From Candidatus Zhuqueibacterota bacterium (GTDB taxonomy: Bacteria; BS750m-G25), in the NCBI GenBank assembly GCA_016783505.1, contig JADHWK010000010.1, positions 1 to 61,209 on the forward strand: a DNA stretch of 61,209 bases, written 5' to 3'. Within the stretch, counting starts at the first letter, position 1; every line of letters starts with the position of its first letter. Shown piece by piece: positions 48,637-57,967 of this stretch. The notes below the pieces were generated by a model. The model did not search any database and was not told the DNA's origin. It saw only the letters and a list, made by a program, of their open reading frames with translations. The translations under genes were made by a program, and so were the position numbers.

Positions 48637-49536
48637 ATGGCCACGTTACCTGAAATATCAATTATTGTACCTACCTACAATCATGGACACCTAATTAAAA
48701 GATGCATTGATTCGATTATTAGGCAGACGTTTACAAATTGGGAAGCTATTATTGTAAATAATTTTTCGGAGGACAACACAATTGAAGTCATAAAAAGCTT
48801 TACTGATCCAAGAGTGCTCTTAGTGAATATTCGGAATGACGGTGTGATCGCGGTGTCAAGAAACAAAGGGATTAGTTTAGCCAAAGGAAGATACATAGCT
48901 TTCCTCGATTCAGATGACTGGTGGTATCCGGAAAAACTTGAGGCGTCGATGAGGCGCTTTGACTCAGCAGATATTGTTTTTCACGATCTTGATATTCACA
49001 CCCCAAATGGTAAGACAATCATCCGGAAAGCCAAAGGAAGGCATTTGGCAAGACCGGTATTTGCTGATTTAATGACTGGAGGAAATGCTTTGTGTAGTTC
49101 AAGTGTCATTGTAAAAAAGAGTATTGTTCATAAGGTGGGCGGATTTAGTGAAAGCCGAAGGCTTATTAGCATAGAAGATTTTGATCTTTGGCTGAAGATC
49201 GCCAGGATAACGGATCAATTTATATACATTCCCAAAGCGCTGGGTAATAAATGGATCTGGTCACAGAACACTACTGAGATCTCAGAAAGAAAAATTGAAC
49301 AAATCAAAGAAGTATATGAGAAATATTGGCCAGTTTTGGGATGGCAAGATAGAAAACAGTCCGAGCTCCATATGTTGTATTCTATCGCAAGGATCAAACA
49401 AAGAATGGGGAAGTGGCAGGAGGCTCTGGGATTATTCAAAGTGGCTTTGAAATCCAAAAAAAGTAAGGACAGGCTGAAGTCATTATTCTTCGTTATCATA
49501 ATAAGCAGTTTTCGCCGACTATCCGTTAGGATATGA
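48637..49536 (+). CDS. Glycosyltransferase family 2
   Basis: SIIVPTYN, SRNKG, AFLDSDDWW..KL, EDFDLWL. Confidence 0.92.
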   Translation: MATLPEISIIVPTYNHGHLIKRCIDSIIRQTFTNWEAIIVNNFSEDNTIEVIKSFTDPRVLLVNIRNDGVIAVSRNKGISLAKGRYIAFLDSDDWWYPEKLEASMRRFDSADIVFHDLDIHTPNGKTIIRKAKGRHLARPVFADLMTGGNALCSSSVIVKKSIVHKVGGFSESRRLISIEDFDLWLKIARITDQFIYIPKALGNKWIWSQNTTEISERKIEQIKEVYEKYWPVLGWQDRKQSELHMLYSIARIKQRMGKWQEALGLFKVALKSKKSKDRLKSLFFVIIISSFRRLSVRI

Positions 49537-49682
49537 TGGATCGGTCAAATTCAGGATATATCAAGGACCAATCTTAAGAGGCCGTTGTAATATAGTTGTT
49601 TATAGTAATATGTGTTTTAATTATTACTGTAGTCATGGAGTCAGCCTGAATTGAGAGAGGTTAATGTTGTTGTTCAGCCAAA

Positions 49683-50564
49683 TTGACAATTTTGCTTATG
49701 GACCATCGTGAGGTTTCGGGACCGGCAGCAGTGGCTAGAAAGACAGTGTCTGTGAGGATGTGGCGGAAGGCTATTGCAGTTCTATTTACAGGGTTTGGCG
49801 CTTTGTTGTTGGTGTTTTCATTACTCGGACTAAATACATATCTCGGGCGTTATGAGAGCAAAACTGTGATTGGGGAGAGATTTGACGCTGCGTTGGCACC
49901 TAAATTGAAGAGCGTAAATGAGTTATATGGTGAGGCTTTAATGCGGCAAGGTAATTGGCAGAATGCAACATCTGAAGAAAAAATGAGTGCCTTTTATGAT
50001 GTTGTGGTCGAACGCTTTACATACGGGAGTAAGGCAAAGTACAATCTTTTTAGTAATTGGATTATGTGGGTTCTGGGTTTATTCAATTCTGATGCAGCTT
50101 ATATTTCTGATCCCGACATACTTTTAAAATATGGCTTTTCGATTATGTGTCATCAGAGTTCGTGGGTTCTCGCTACTTTAGCCAAGAAAGAAAATCTTCC
50201 ATTTCGGCATGTTGAACTAAGTGGTCATGTGGTTATGGAGGCTTGGTGGGGAGATGCATGGCATCTATATGATCCGTCCTTTGAGGTTATCCCATTGAGA
50301 GAGGGTACGATTCTTAGTGGTCGTGATCTTGAGGATAAGCCCTATTTGGTCAAGTTATTTTATGGGAATAGAGGCGATTGTGTTGAACCGTTATTCGCTA
50401 CTAAATATGACAACAGCTTTGTAACAGACGGAATGTTTATTTGGAAAGCTGAGGTACTGTCATTAATCGAACGTGTTTCCAATTATGCCAAATGGGCTTT
50501 ACCTATTCTGATGATTATTGTTGGTATTTGTCTTTTTTTATTAGGGATTAAAAAAGGCGGATGA
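49683..50564 (+). CDS. Membrane-anchored transglutaminase-like (Cys-His-Asp) protein
   Basis: N- and C-terminal TM segments flank MCHQSS, GHVVMEAW, WHLYDP; start uncertain. Confidence 0.6.
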   Translation: MTILLMDHREVSGPAAVARKTVSVRMWRKAIAVLFTGFGALLLVFSLLGLNTYLGRYESKTVIGERFDAALAPKLKSVNELYGEALMRQGNWQNATSEEKMSAFYDVVVERFTYGSKAKYNLFSNWIMWVLGLFNSDAAYISDPDILLKYGFSIMCHQSSWVLATLAKKENLPFRHVELSGHVVMEAWWGDAWHLYDPSFEVIPLREGTILSGRDLEDKPYLVKLFYGNRGDCVEPLFATKYDNSFVTDGMFIWKAEVLSLIERVSNYAKWALPILMIIVGICLFLLGIKKGG

Positions 50565-50967
50565 TTCTGCCGCAATGCCATGTTTGGGATGCTTTTCGGA
50601 AAGCTGATAGAGAGCTGTAACAGAAATGGGTTAACGTTAAAGTATTGCCAACACTGGTGTTTCCTAAGGAGAACTTCAGGAAAAAGTAACATAAAACAGC
50701 AAACGAGAAAACGTTACAGCCATTTCCTTTAACAAACATTGACGAACGGGTGAAAATTGTTGTCAATTTGCCTGAGGCTGGATCGGTAAGTCATTGATCA
50801 TAGGCTGTATTGTCTGGTGCAAATTGTAAATTCGAGAGCTGACTGTGTTTTAATTTTTGGGCTGTGGAAAGCTCTTCAGGGAGGCCGGGTAATATTGTGA
50901 GCATTAGGGGTTTTTTTAGGATGGTGGTTGTGCATGGGCATTGAAAATGAGGTGGTGCTAATCAGAA

Positions 50968-52632
50968 ATGGGGATGAAAGAGAAATTGAGAATTGGAATA
51001 TTGATAGACTCTTTTGAGGTAAGTGCATGGAAATATGCAATGATTGAGAGGATAGTTAATTCAGACTATGCTAAAATTGAACTCATCGTTCTCAATTCTG
51101 GTAGCAATGTACCCGGATCAGTTTATAACAGACTAATAAGGAGCCGCAAGAATTTAATTTATTGTCTATATAAAAGAATTGATGAGACAGTTTTTAGATC
51201 TAGTCCAAACGCGTTTGCGAATAAAAATATTGGATTGTTACTGCCAGATGTTCCAACAGTGGAAGTCGCCCCGATTCAGAAAAAATATTTTGACTATTTT
51301 AGGACCGCAGACGTTAATACTATCAAAAGATATCATATTCATGTTTTAATTCGTCTGGGGTTCAGAATACTAAAGGGGGACATTTTTAGCTCTTCTGAAT
51401 ATGGAATTTGGTCGTATCATCATGGTGATAATACAATTAATAGAGGAGGACCTGCCGGTTTTTGGGAAGTCGTTAACAATCTGCCTGAGACTGGATCTAC
51501 CCTTCAGATTCTAAGTAAAGATTCGGATGATGGAAAAGTCATTTATAGATCCTGGGCAAGAACCTATCCATTGTCGCCTGCTAAGAACAGGAATAGATCT
51601 TACTGGAAATCTCTATCATTTGTGCCAAGAAAGCTTGAAGAACTGAGTCGCGTTGGAGAAGATAAGTTTCTTGAAAATTTGGATAGAAGCAACAAGGAGA
51701 TAAAGTTTTATACTCATAAGCTATATAAAGAACCGCATAACATAAACGCATTACAATTGGCTATCAAGCAGCTGTCTAAAATAGCTAAAAGAGGCTTCCA
51801 GAAGGCATTCCTACTAGATCAATGGTTTTTAATGTTTGATTTGGGCAATGACATTTCAACGGAATTTAGGGGATTCAAAAAAATATTTCCCCCTAAAGAC
51901 AGATTCTGGGCAGATCCGCATGTAATATTTTGGGATAGCAAATATTATGTTTTTATTGAGGAATTGATGTATAAGACGTTGAAAGGCCATATTGCTGTCA
52001 TTGAGATGGATCAGCGGGGTAACATAACGAAACCAGTCAAGATATTGGAAAAAGACTATCATCTTTCGTACCCATTTGTCTTTGAATGGGAAGGGAACAT
52101 TTACATGATTCCCGAGAGCAGTCAAAACAAAACTATTGAATTATACGCATGTGTGGAATTTCCTCATAAATGGGATCATAAGATGAATTTGATGGAGAAT
52201 GTTATTTCTGTTGATACCACGTTGCTCTACTATAATGAACGATGGTGGCTTTTCACAAATATTGTCGAAAATGAAGGGGCGGGATATGATGATGAATTGT
52301 TTCTGTTTTACTCTGATAACTTATTTACAACGCAGTGGAATGAGCATGAATCAAATCCTATTGTTTCGGATGTAAAAAGAGCAAGACCAGCAGGAAAACT
52401 TTTTATTAGAGATGGGAAAGTTTATAGACCCTCACAGGATGGCTCACAAATCTTCGGCCATGGCTTCAATTTAAATGAAATTGTGGTTCTAACGGAAACT
52501 GACTTTGTTGAAGAAACAATAGCTTCAGTGAAACCAAATTGGGATGAAAGGATAAAGGGCGTGCATACTTTTACATATGAGAAAGGATTAACCTTCATTG
52601 ATGGCTTTATGAGAAGGCAAAAGTTGTTTTAG
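50968..52632 (+). CDS. Formyltransferase-like domain fused to a GH43-like five-bladed beta-propeller
   Basis: GIWSYHHGD..RGGPAGFWE..DDGKVI in the N-half; FWADPH, HLSYPFVF, YMIPES, RPAG, RPSQD, HT in the C-half. Confidence 0.7.
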   Translation: MGMKEKLRIGILIDSFEVSAWKYAMIERIVNSDYAKIELIVLNSGSNVPGSVYNRLIRSRKNLIYCLYKRIDETVFRSSPNAFANKNIGLLLPDVPTVEVAPIQKKYFDYFRTADVNTIKRYHIHVLIRLGFRILKGDIFSSSEYGIWSYHHGDNTINRGGPAGFWEVVNNLPETGSTLQILSKDSDDGKVIYRSWARTYPLSPAKNRNRSYWKSLSFVPRKLEELSRVGEDKFLENLDRSNKEIKFYTHKLYKEPHNINALQLAIKQLSKIAKRGFQKAFLLDQWFLMFDLGNDISTEFRGFKKIFPPKDRFWADPHVIFWDSKYYVFIEELMYKTLKGHIAVIEMDQRGNITKPVKILEKDYHLSYPFVFEWEGNIYMIPESSQNKTIELYACVEFPHKWDHKMNLMENVISVDTTLLYYNERWWLFTNIVENEGAGYDDELFLFYSDNLFTTQWNEHESNPIVSDVKRARPAGKLFIRDGKVYRPSQDGSQIFGHGFNLNEIVVLTETDFVEETIASVKPNWDERIKGVHTFTYEKGLTFIDGFMRRQKLF

Positions 52633-52700
52633 AATGTAAGTCTTGCCTTGCTTGAACCGTGGAGCAGAGAACCCTTAAACGGGTGACCTAGTGAGGAATA

Positions 52701-54563
52701 ATGTCACAGTTAAATAGAAAAGTAATTGAATCGCTAATTAAGGAGAAAGAGTTCGAGCTCGCCTATATAAAGCTGAATGAATCTATAAAGCCTCATTCAA
52801 GTCTAAATAATTTTTTGTTTGCAGAAAAAATCTACAGGGTATTAGTTGAAGAATTAGCCTTTCGTAGATTTCGGATAGCTATATTACGAACAATTACAGT
52901 TGAGCCAATGCTCCCATTTATCAAGGTAATGTGCTATGCGAACAAGATAAACCCAGAGCTTTATTTAGGTGGATACAACATAATTGATCAAGGAATACTG
53001 GATCAAGGTAGCAAATTATATGCCTTTAAACCTGATGCTCTTATAATTTTTTGGCGAGCTGAGGAGGTGTGTCCAAAGCTAATGGACTCCTATCTAGAAT
53101 TATCCTCAAATGAAGTTGTGATGGTAAAGGAGAGCGTTGTTGCCAAAATAGATAAACTAATATCAGCTTTTAGAACAAACTCAGAGGGAAAAATAATTGT
53201 GCATAACTTCGAGCTACCTCAGTTCCCCGTTTTTGGAATAGTAGATAGTCAACATAAAAGGAGCCAGAAAGGATTATTTGAGGAACTAAATAATCTGCTA
53301 ATAGAAACAACCAATAAGTATGTGGACGTTTACGTATTAGATTATGAACATTTAGTCTCACGATATGGTAAACGAAACTGGTTTGATGAAAGACTGTGGT
53401 TTACAGCAAAAGCTCCACTCTCTATAGTCGCGATGCAGGCGTTAGCAAACGAATACACCAAATATTTTAAGGCAATGCTGGGTATGACAAAGAAATGCAT
53501 TGTTCTGGATTTAGACAATACTCTTTGGGGCGGGATATTGGGTGAAGAAGGGATTCAAGGTATTAAAATCGGGCAAGCCTCTCCAGGTAACGCCTTCACG
53601 GAATTTCAAAAAGAGCTTTTGAAACTATATCATAAGGGGTTTGTCTTAGCAATAAACAGTAAGAATGATGAAGAAGCTGTTATGGAGGTTTTTGATAAGC
53701 ATCCGGATATGGTCCTGAGGAAAAAGCATTTTGCATCTATGAAAATTAATTGGACTAATAAAGCCCAAAACATGAAGGATATAGCGGAAGAACTAAATAT
53801 TGGGCTAGATACTTTTGTTTTCCTTGATGATAGTCCGGTAGAAAGAGAGCTAATCAAACAACAACTTCCAGAGGTTCATTGTGTGGCACTTCCAAATAAT
53901 GCGCATTTATATCCGAAGATATTAAGAGAATTGCCAGATTTCGAGCGCTTAAGTTTTACTGAGGAGGATTTGAGAAGAGGTGAAATGTACAAGACGCAAA
54001 TTAAGAGGAAAAAACTTGAAAAGAGCAGTACATCTCTTGAAGACTTTTATTCCTCGTTGGAAATGGTAGCAATAGTTAGGGTAAATGACAGCTTTGAAGT
54101 ATCGCGGCTGGCGGATATGACCCAGAAGACAAATCAGTTCAATCTTACTACCAGGCGTTATTCCAAAAGTGATATTTCTCGTTTTATTACGTCCCGAAAT
54201 TATCAAGTATACTCTCTCCGGCTTATTGATAAGTTTGGAGATAATGGCGTAGTCGGATCAATAATAGTAAAACAAGACAATGATATATGGGAACTTTATG
54301 GCTTCTGGTTAAGCTGTAGGGTGATGGGCAGAACGGTTGAAACCGCATTTCTTTCCTATATTTGTGAAAAAGGGTTAAAAGACAATATTAAAAGCATACT
54401 GGGAAAATATGTCCCAAGTAAAAGGAATTCTCCTGTTAAAGACTTGTATAAAGAGCATGGATTTAGATTGGTAAAAAAAGATAAGGGAATCACAAGTTGG
54501 AAATTAGATAGAAAAAAGACCTCAATCAAATGTCCGCGATGGATTGCAATTCGTGAAGGATAA
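52701..54563 (+). CDS. FkbH-like HAD-IIIC glyceryl-transferase/phosphatase
   Basis: KKCIVLDLDNTLWGG, SKND, INW..K, FLDDSPVER, KTNQFNLTT, DKFGDNG, LSCRVMGR. Confidence 0.93.
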   Translation: MSQLNRKVIESLIKEKEFELAYIKLNESIKPHSSLNNFLFAEKIYRVLVEELAFRRFRIAILRTITVEPMLPFIKVMCYANKINPELYLGGYNIIDQGILDQGSKLYAFKPDALIIFWRAEEVCPKLMDSYLELSSNEVVMVKESVVAKIDKLISAFRTNSEGKIIVHNFELPQFPVFGIVDSQHKRSQKGLFEELNNLLIETTNKYVDVYVLDYEHLVSRYGKRNWFDERLWFTAKAPLSIVAMQALANEYTKYFKAMLGMTKKCIVLDLDNTLWGGILGEEGIQGIKIGQASPGNAFTEFQKELLKLYHKGFVLAINSKNDEEAVMEVFDKHPDMVLRKKHFASMKINWTNKAQNMKDIAEELNIGLDTFVFLDDSPVERELIKQQLPEVHCVALPNNAHLYPKILRELPDFERLSFTEEDLRRGEMYKTQIKRKKLEKSSTSLEDFYSSLEMVAIVRVNDSFEVSRLADMTQKTNQFNLTTRRYSKSDISRFITSRNYQVYSLRLIDKFGDNGVVGSIIVKQDNDIWELYGFWLSCRVMGRTVETAFLSYICEKGLKDNIKSILGKYVPSKRNSPVKDLYKEHGFRLVKKDKGITSWKLDRKKTSIKCPRWIAIREG

Positions 54564-54576
54564 ATGGAGATTTGGT

Positions 54577-54807
54577 ATGGAACAGAAACTAAAACGGATT
54601 ATGTCAACTTTATTCGATGTTAAGGAAGATGAAATAAGGGATGAATCGTCAATCGAAAACATTGATGAATGGGATTCATTGAAGCATATTAATCTAATTT
54701 TGGCAATTGAAGAGGAATTTGGAATATCCACAGATGAAGACCAAATGGCTGAAATGATAAGCTTTGCTAAAATTATGCATGTCCTAACAGATAAAGGCGT
54801 CCGTTAA
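54577..54807 (+). CDS. Acyl carrier protein
   Basis: Small acidic protein with WDSLKH (phosphopantetheinyl Ser) and EEEFGI. Confidence 0.9.
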   Translation: MEQKLKRIMSTLFDVKEDEIRDESSIENIDEWDSLKHINLILAIEEEFGISTDEDQMAEMISFAKIMHVLTDKGVR

Positions 54808-54809
54808 AA

Positions 54810-56522
54810 ATGAAAAATAGTAATAAAATGCTATTTGACGATTTTGTGGGGGAAACCAAGGAGAGGTTTGATTTCAGTGTAAACAAAGAGACCCTAGAAT
54901 CATTCGCAATGATGACAGGAGACTATAGCTCACTTCACATGGATGAAGCATTTTCCAGAAGAATGAAATATAGAGATCGCATTGTACATGGAATGCTGCC
55001 CCTTTGTTATATTTCGGCTCTAAGGATATTTCGTGTGAGGAATTATGTTGGTTCAATCGTTAGCATTGATGCGGAATTCAGCCAGCCGATTTATTTGGAA
55101 AGCAACCTTAGAATAACGGCGGAGATTGTTAAGAAAAGGTCATCTAACAGAACGTTAAGCTTGAAAATAACGATTATGAATATTAGGTCAAAAATAGTTG
55201 CGACAAGAGCTTCAGTAGCTGTGAAATTTGAAAAAGGTGGGAATAAATTAATTGATTATCCCTCTGCGTTTGTGGAAAGCGATATAGGTTTATTAACGAA
55301 GTCTATTAGGGAAAACAAATACACTTTTGAGGAAGTTAGAGAAGGCCTTACCAAATCCGTTGAATTTGAAATTTCAGATGAACATTTCCAACACTTTCTA
55401 GAAATGCTTCAAAAGGGGCTGAAAAAAAAGTGTGAAAGGCCAGAGATAAGGACTAGTTTGCAGAATGTCATAAAGAGTATTCTTTGTGCAAGTTTAGTCT
55501 CTACATTTATAGGAATGCATATCCCAGGTAGAAATTCAACGTTAATAGGTTTTAGGATAGAATATTTGAAGCAAATTCCTCAAATGAAAAAGCTTCTTTT
55601 AAGGGGAGAGGTTAAGCGACGATCTGTAGGTACTAAGGGAATTAGCCTTGGATTATCAATATCGGATAATCTAAGTAAGACTGAATATGCTATCGGAAGT
55701 GCTACGGTAATAGTGAATCCATGCCCAAAAGAAATGCCTTCAATCATAGAAATGAAACAGTTTACTGATTATAAGCTAACAGATAAAGTTGTGTTGGTTA
55801 CGGGTGCTAGTCGAGGCATTGGCGAGACAACTGCTCTTCTATTTGCGTTGATGGGTGCCAAAATAATTGTTAACTACTATCGAGGTAAGGAGGATGCTGA
55901 AAAGGTCGTTAAGCAGATTATGCAAAACGGCGGAGATGCGATAGCGCTGAGAGCCGATGTCGCAAATTCTGATGAAGTGAATGAAATGGTTAAAGCAGCA
56001 TACAGGAAGTATGGAACTATCGATGTTTTAGTGAATAATGCCGTTAAAGATTTCTTGCCATATGAATTTGCAAGATTAAGATGGGAGGATGTACAGAAGG
56101 AGATAGATGTAACTGTCAAAGGGGCATTTAACACTTGCAAGGCTGTGATACCTCTGATGATTAAAGGTGGTGGTGGAAGCATAATCAATGTTTCATCAAT
56201 GGTTACTGATAATCCCCAACGTAAACAATTAAAATACGTAATTGCAAAAAGTGCTGTGGTTGGTTTAACGCGAGGCTTGGCAGTTGAGTACGCGGAGAAT
56301 AACATACGGGTTAACATGGTAGTACCGAATTTTGTTGAAACCGACCTCGTTTCGAATATTCCCTCCGCGTTTCAAAAAAAGGCGGCAAACCAAACGCCTA
56401 TGAAGAGAAACGCTAGTCCTGTTGATGTCGCCCAGGCAATTGTATTCGCTGCTTCTTCCTTCTCATCATATACCACCGGGCAAAGAATAATGGTAACTGG
56501 CGGCGGCCTTCCTTTGCTGTAG
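54810..56522 (+). CDS. MaoC (hot-dog) dehydratase domains fused to a FabG-like ketoreductase
   Basis: FAMMTGDYSSLHMD..IVHGML (MaoC); second degenerate hot-dog (STFIGMHIPG); VLVTGASRGIG, LVNNA, YVIAK (SDR). Confidence 0.85.
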   Translation: MKNSNKMLFDDFVGETKERFDFSVNKETLESFAMMTGDYSSLHMDEAFSRRMKYRDRIVHGMLPLCYISALRIFRVRNYVGSIVSIDAEFSQPIYLESNLRITAEIVKKRSSNRTLSLKITIMNIRSKIVATRASVAVKFEKGGNKLIDYPSAFVESDIGLLTKSIRENKYTFEEVREGLTKSVEFEISDEHFQHFLEMLQKGLKKKCERPEIRTSLQNVIKSILCASLVSTFIGMHIPGRNSTLIGFRIEYLKQIPQMKKLLLRGEVKRRSVGTKGISLGLSISDNLSKTEYAIGSATVIVNPCPKEMPSIIEMKQFTDYKLTDKVVLVTGASRGIGETTALLFALMGAKIIVNYYRGKEDAEKVVKQIMQNGGDAIALRADVANSDEVNEMVKAAYRKYGTIDVLVNNAVKDFLPYEFARLRWEDVQKEIDVTVKGAFNTCKAVIPLMIKGGGGSIINVSSMVTDNPQRKQLKYVIAKSAVVGLTRGLAVEYAENNIRVNMVVPNFVETDLVSNIPSAFQKKAANQTPMKRNASPVDVAQAIVFAASSFSSYTTGQRIMVTGGGLPLL

Positions 56523-56538
56523 AATTATAAGATTTATC

Positions 56539-57576
56539 ATGTGTTTCAAACTTTTGGAGTCAAATCAAGGTGCTATAAGTGAATTTATACGCTTTAACAA
56601 GAAGGTCTATTCAAACAGAAAAGACATCAAAAAGCGCTTCTGTTGGTATATCCTTGAAAATCCAGTTTTAGAGGATAAGGAGAAACCAAACGTATTGCTC
56701 TGTTTCGGGAAGGGGAGTAAGATAGTGGGGCAATACTTACTTAATCCGTTTGAATGGTCTTTTCGAGGAAAAAAGCATAAGGGTTATTGGGGTATTGATT
56801 ACTTTGTATTAGAGGGTGAAAGTGGTGTTTGCGGTGCAGTACTGGCAAGGACAGCAATAAGAAACTATAGGCCCTATTTTACTATTGGTCCTTCGGAAAT
56901 ATCCAAAATGATTTGTTTAGCCTTAGGAACAAGAACAGTTGGAAGCCTAAAAAAATTCATCTGGCCAAGAAATCCGGCTATCCCGCTGCTGATAGGAATA
57001 AGCCTTATCGTTAAAAGGAGGCCGTTTTTGATAAGGCAGGAAAGCAATGATGATAAATTTCCAGTAAGGTTATCCTGTAACGGTGTAAAATTTAGGCGCA
57101 TTGAGGAATTGGATGGTTGGAAAGAATATCATTGGAAAGAAACCATCGAACTTTCCCGATCCCTGCAATTTTTGAGGTGGCGATTCTTTAATAAATATAG
57201 AAAATATTATTTTTATTTAACAAGTAACCTGGCAAAGCCTTCATATTTTGTAGTAAGAAGGTGTTTTTGGCGTGGCTTAATAGTTTTAGTAATCGTTGAT
57301 TATAGAACAGCATATAGAGATTATGATAGTTGGCAAGCAATTCTGCATGCTGCAAAGGTATTGGCAAGACTGAATAGGTGTGACGGAGTAATTACTGGGA
57401 GCTCACATGAATTTTTTGACAAAGGACTGAAAAGGAAGTCTTTTATCAAGGTTGGGAGAGAAAGCTTAATACTAACGAATTGTGAAATATGCTTTTCTGA
57501 TGAGGTTATTGAAAAGAGGGAGATTATATATGCAACAATGGCTGACTGTGACACAGATTTATGTTTTGGTGAGTAA
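56539..57576 (+). CDS. Hypothetical protein, possibly tandem GNAT-fold acyltransferase
   Basis: W...NP, IVGQY, WGIDYFV, RS..FLRWRF, terminal ADCDTD pattern seen in GNAT-like proteins of glycan loci. Confidence 0.5.
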   Translation: MCFKLLESNQGAISEFIRFNKKVYSNRKDIKKRFCWYILENPVLEDKEKPNVLLCFGKGSKIVGQYLLNPFEWSFRGKKHKGYWGIDYFVLEGESGVCGAVLARTAIRNYRPYFTIGPSEISKMICLALGTRTVGSLKKFIWPRNPAIPLLIGISLIVKRRPFLIRQESNDDKFPVRLSCNGVKFRRIEELDGWKEYHWKETIELSRSLQFLRWRFFNKYRKYYFYLTSNLAKPSYFVVRRCFWRGLIVLVIVDYRTAYRDYDSWQAILHAAKVLARLNRCDGVITGSSHEFFDKGLKRKSFIKVGRESLILTNCEICFSDEVIEKREIIYATMADCDTDLCFGE

Positions 57577-57967
57577 TTGTATAAAGAAGTGATGTACGGT
57601 TCAAAAATGGTGATAGGTTGAAAATGTTCGTTGATTTTATGTGATGGATTACTGAAATGGAGGAAATATGTGTTTGGAGTGTTAAAAGCAGTTGCTATGA
57701 TACCTTGGAAAATCTCAATATTTCTGCCAAGATCAAGACGGATGAGGATTTTAGGCAGAGAAACCATTGGATATTTAGCGGAGTAAAACGGGAATGCAAC
57801 GTAGAGATTGTCCGAAGGAGTGGATTCCTAAAAGTCCCGTCTGGTTACAATTTAGACTCGATACTTGTTTTTGGGTATTAAATATAGGGACCGGCCCAAT
57901 CGTCGCTGTTTGGGTCGTCTTGATTGGTGATATGATTATTATCTCTTTTGGAGATGGTGTGTAATCA

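Noticed and set aside
50611-50727. Short inverted match GCTGTAAC/GTTACAGC in an intergenic gap
   Set aside because: An 8-bp match is too short to call an element
57657-57881. 74-aa ORF between the GNAT-like gene and asnB
   Set aside because: No recognisable motif; possibly a gene remnant but unsupported
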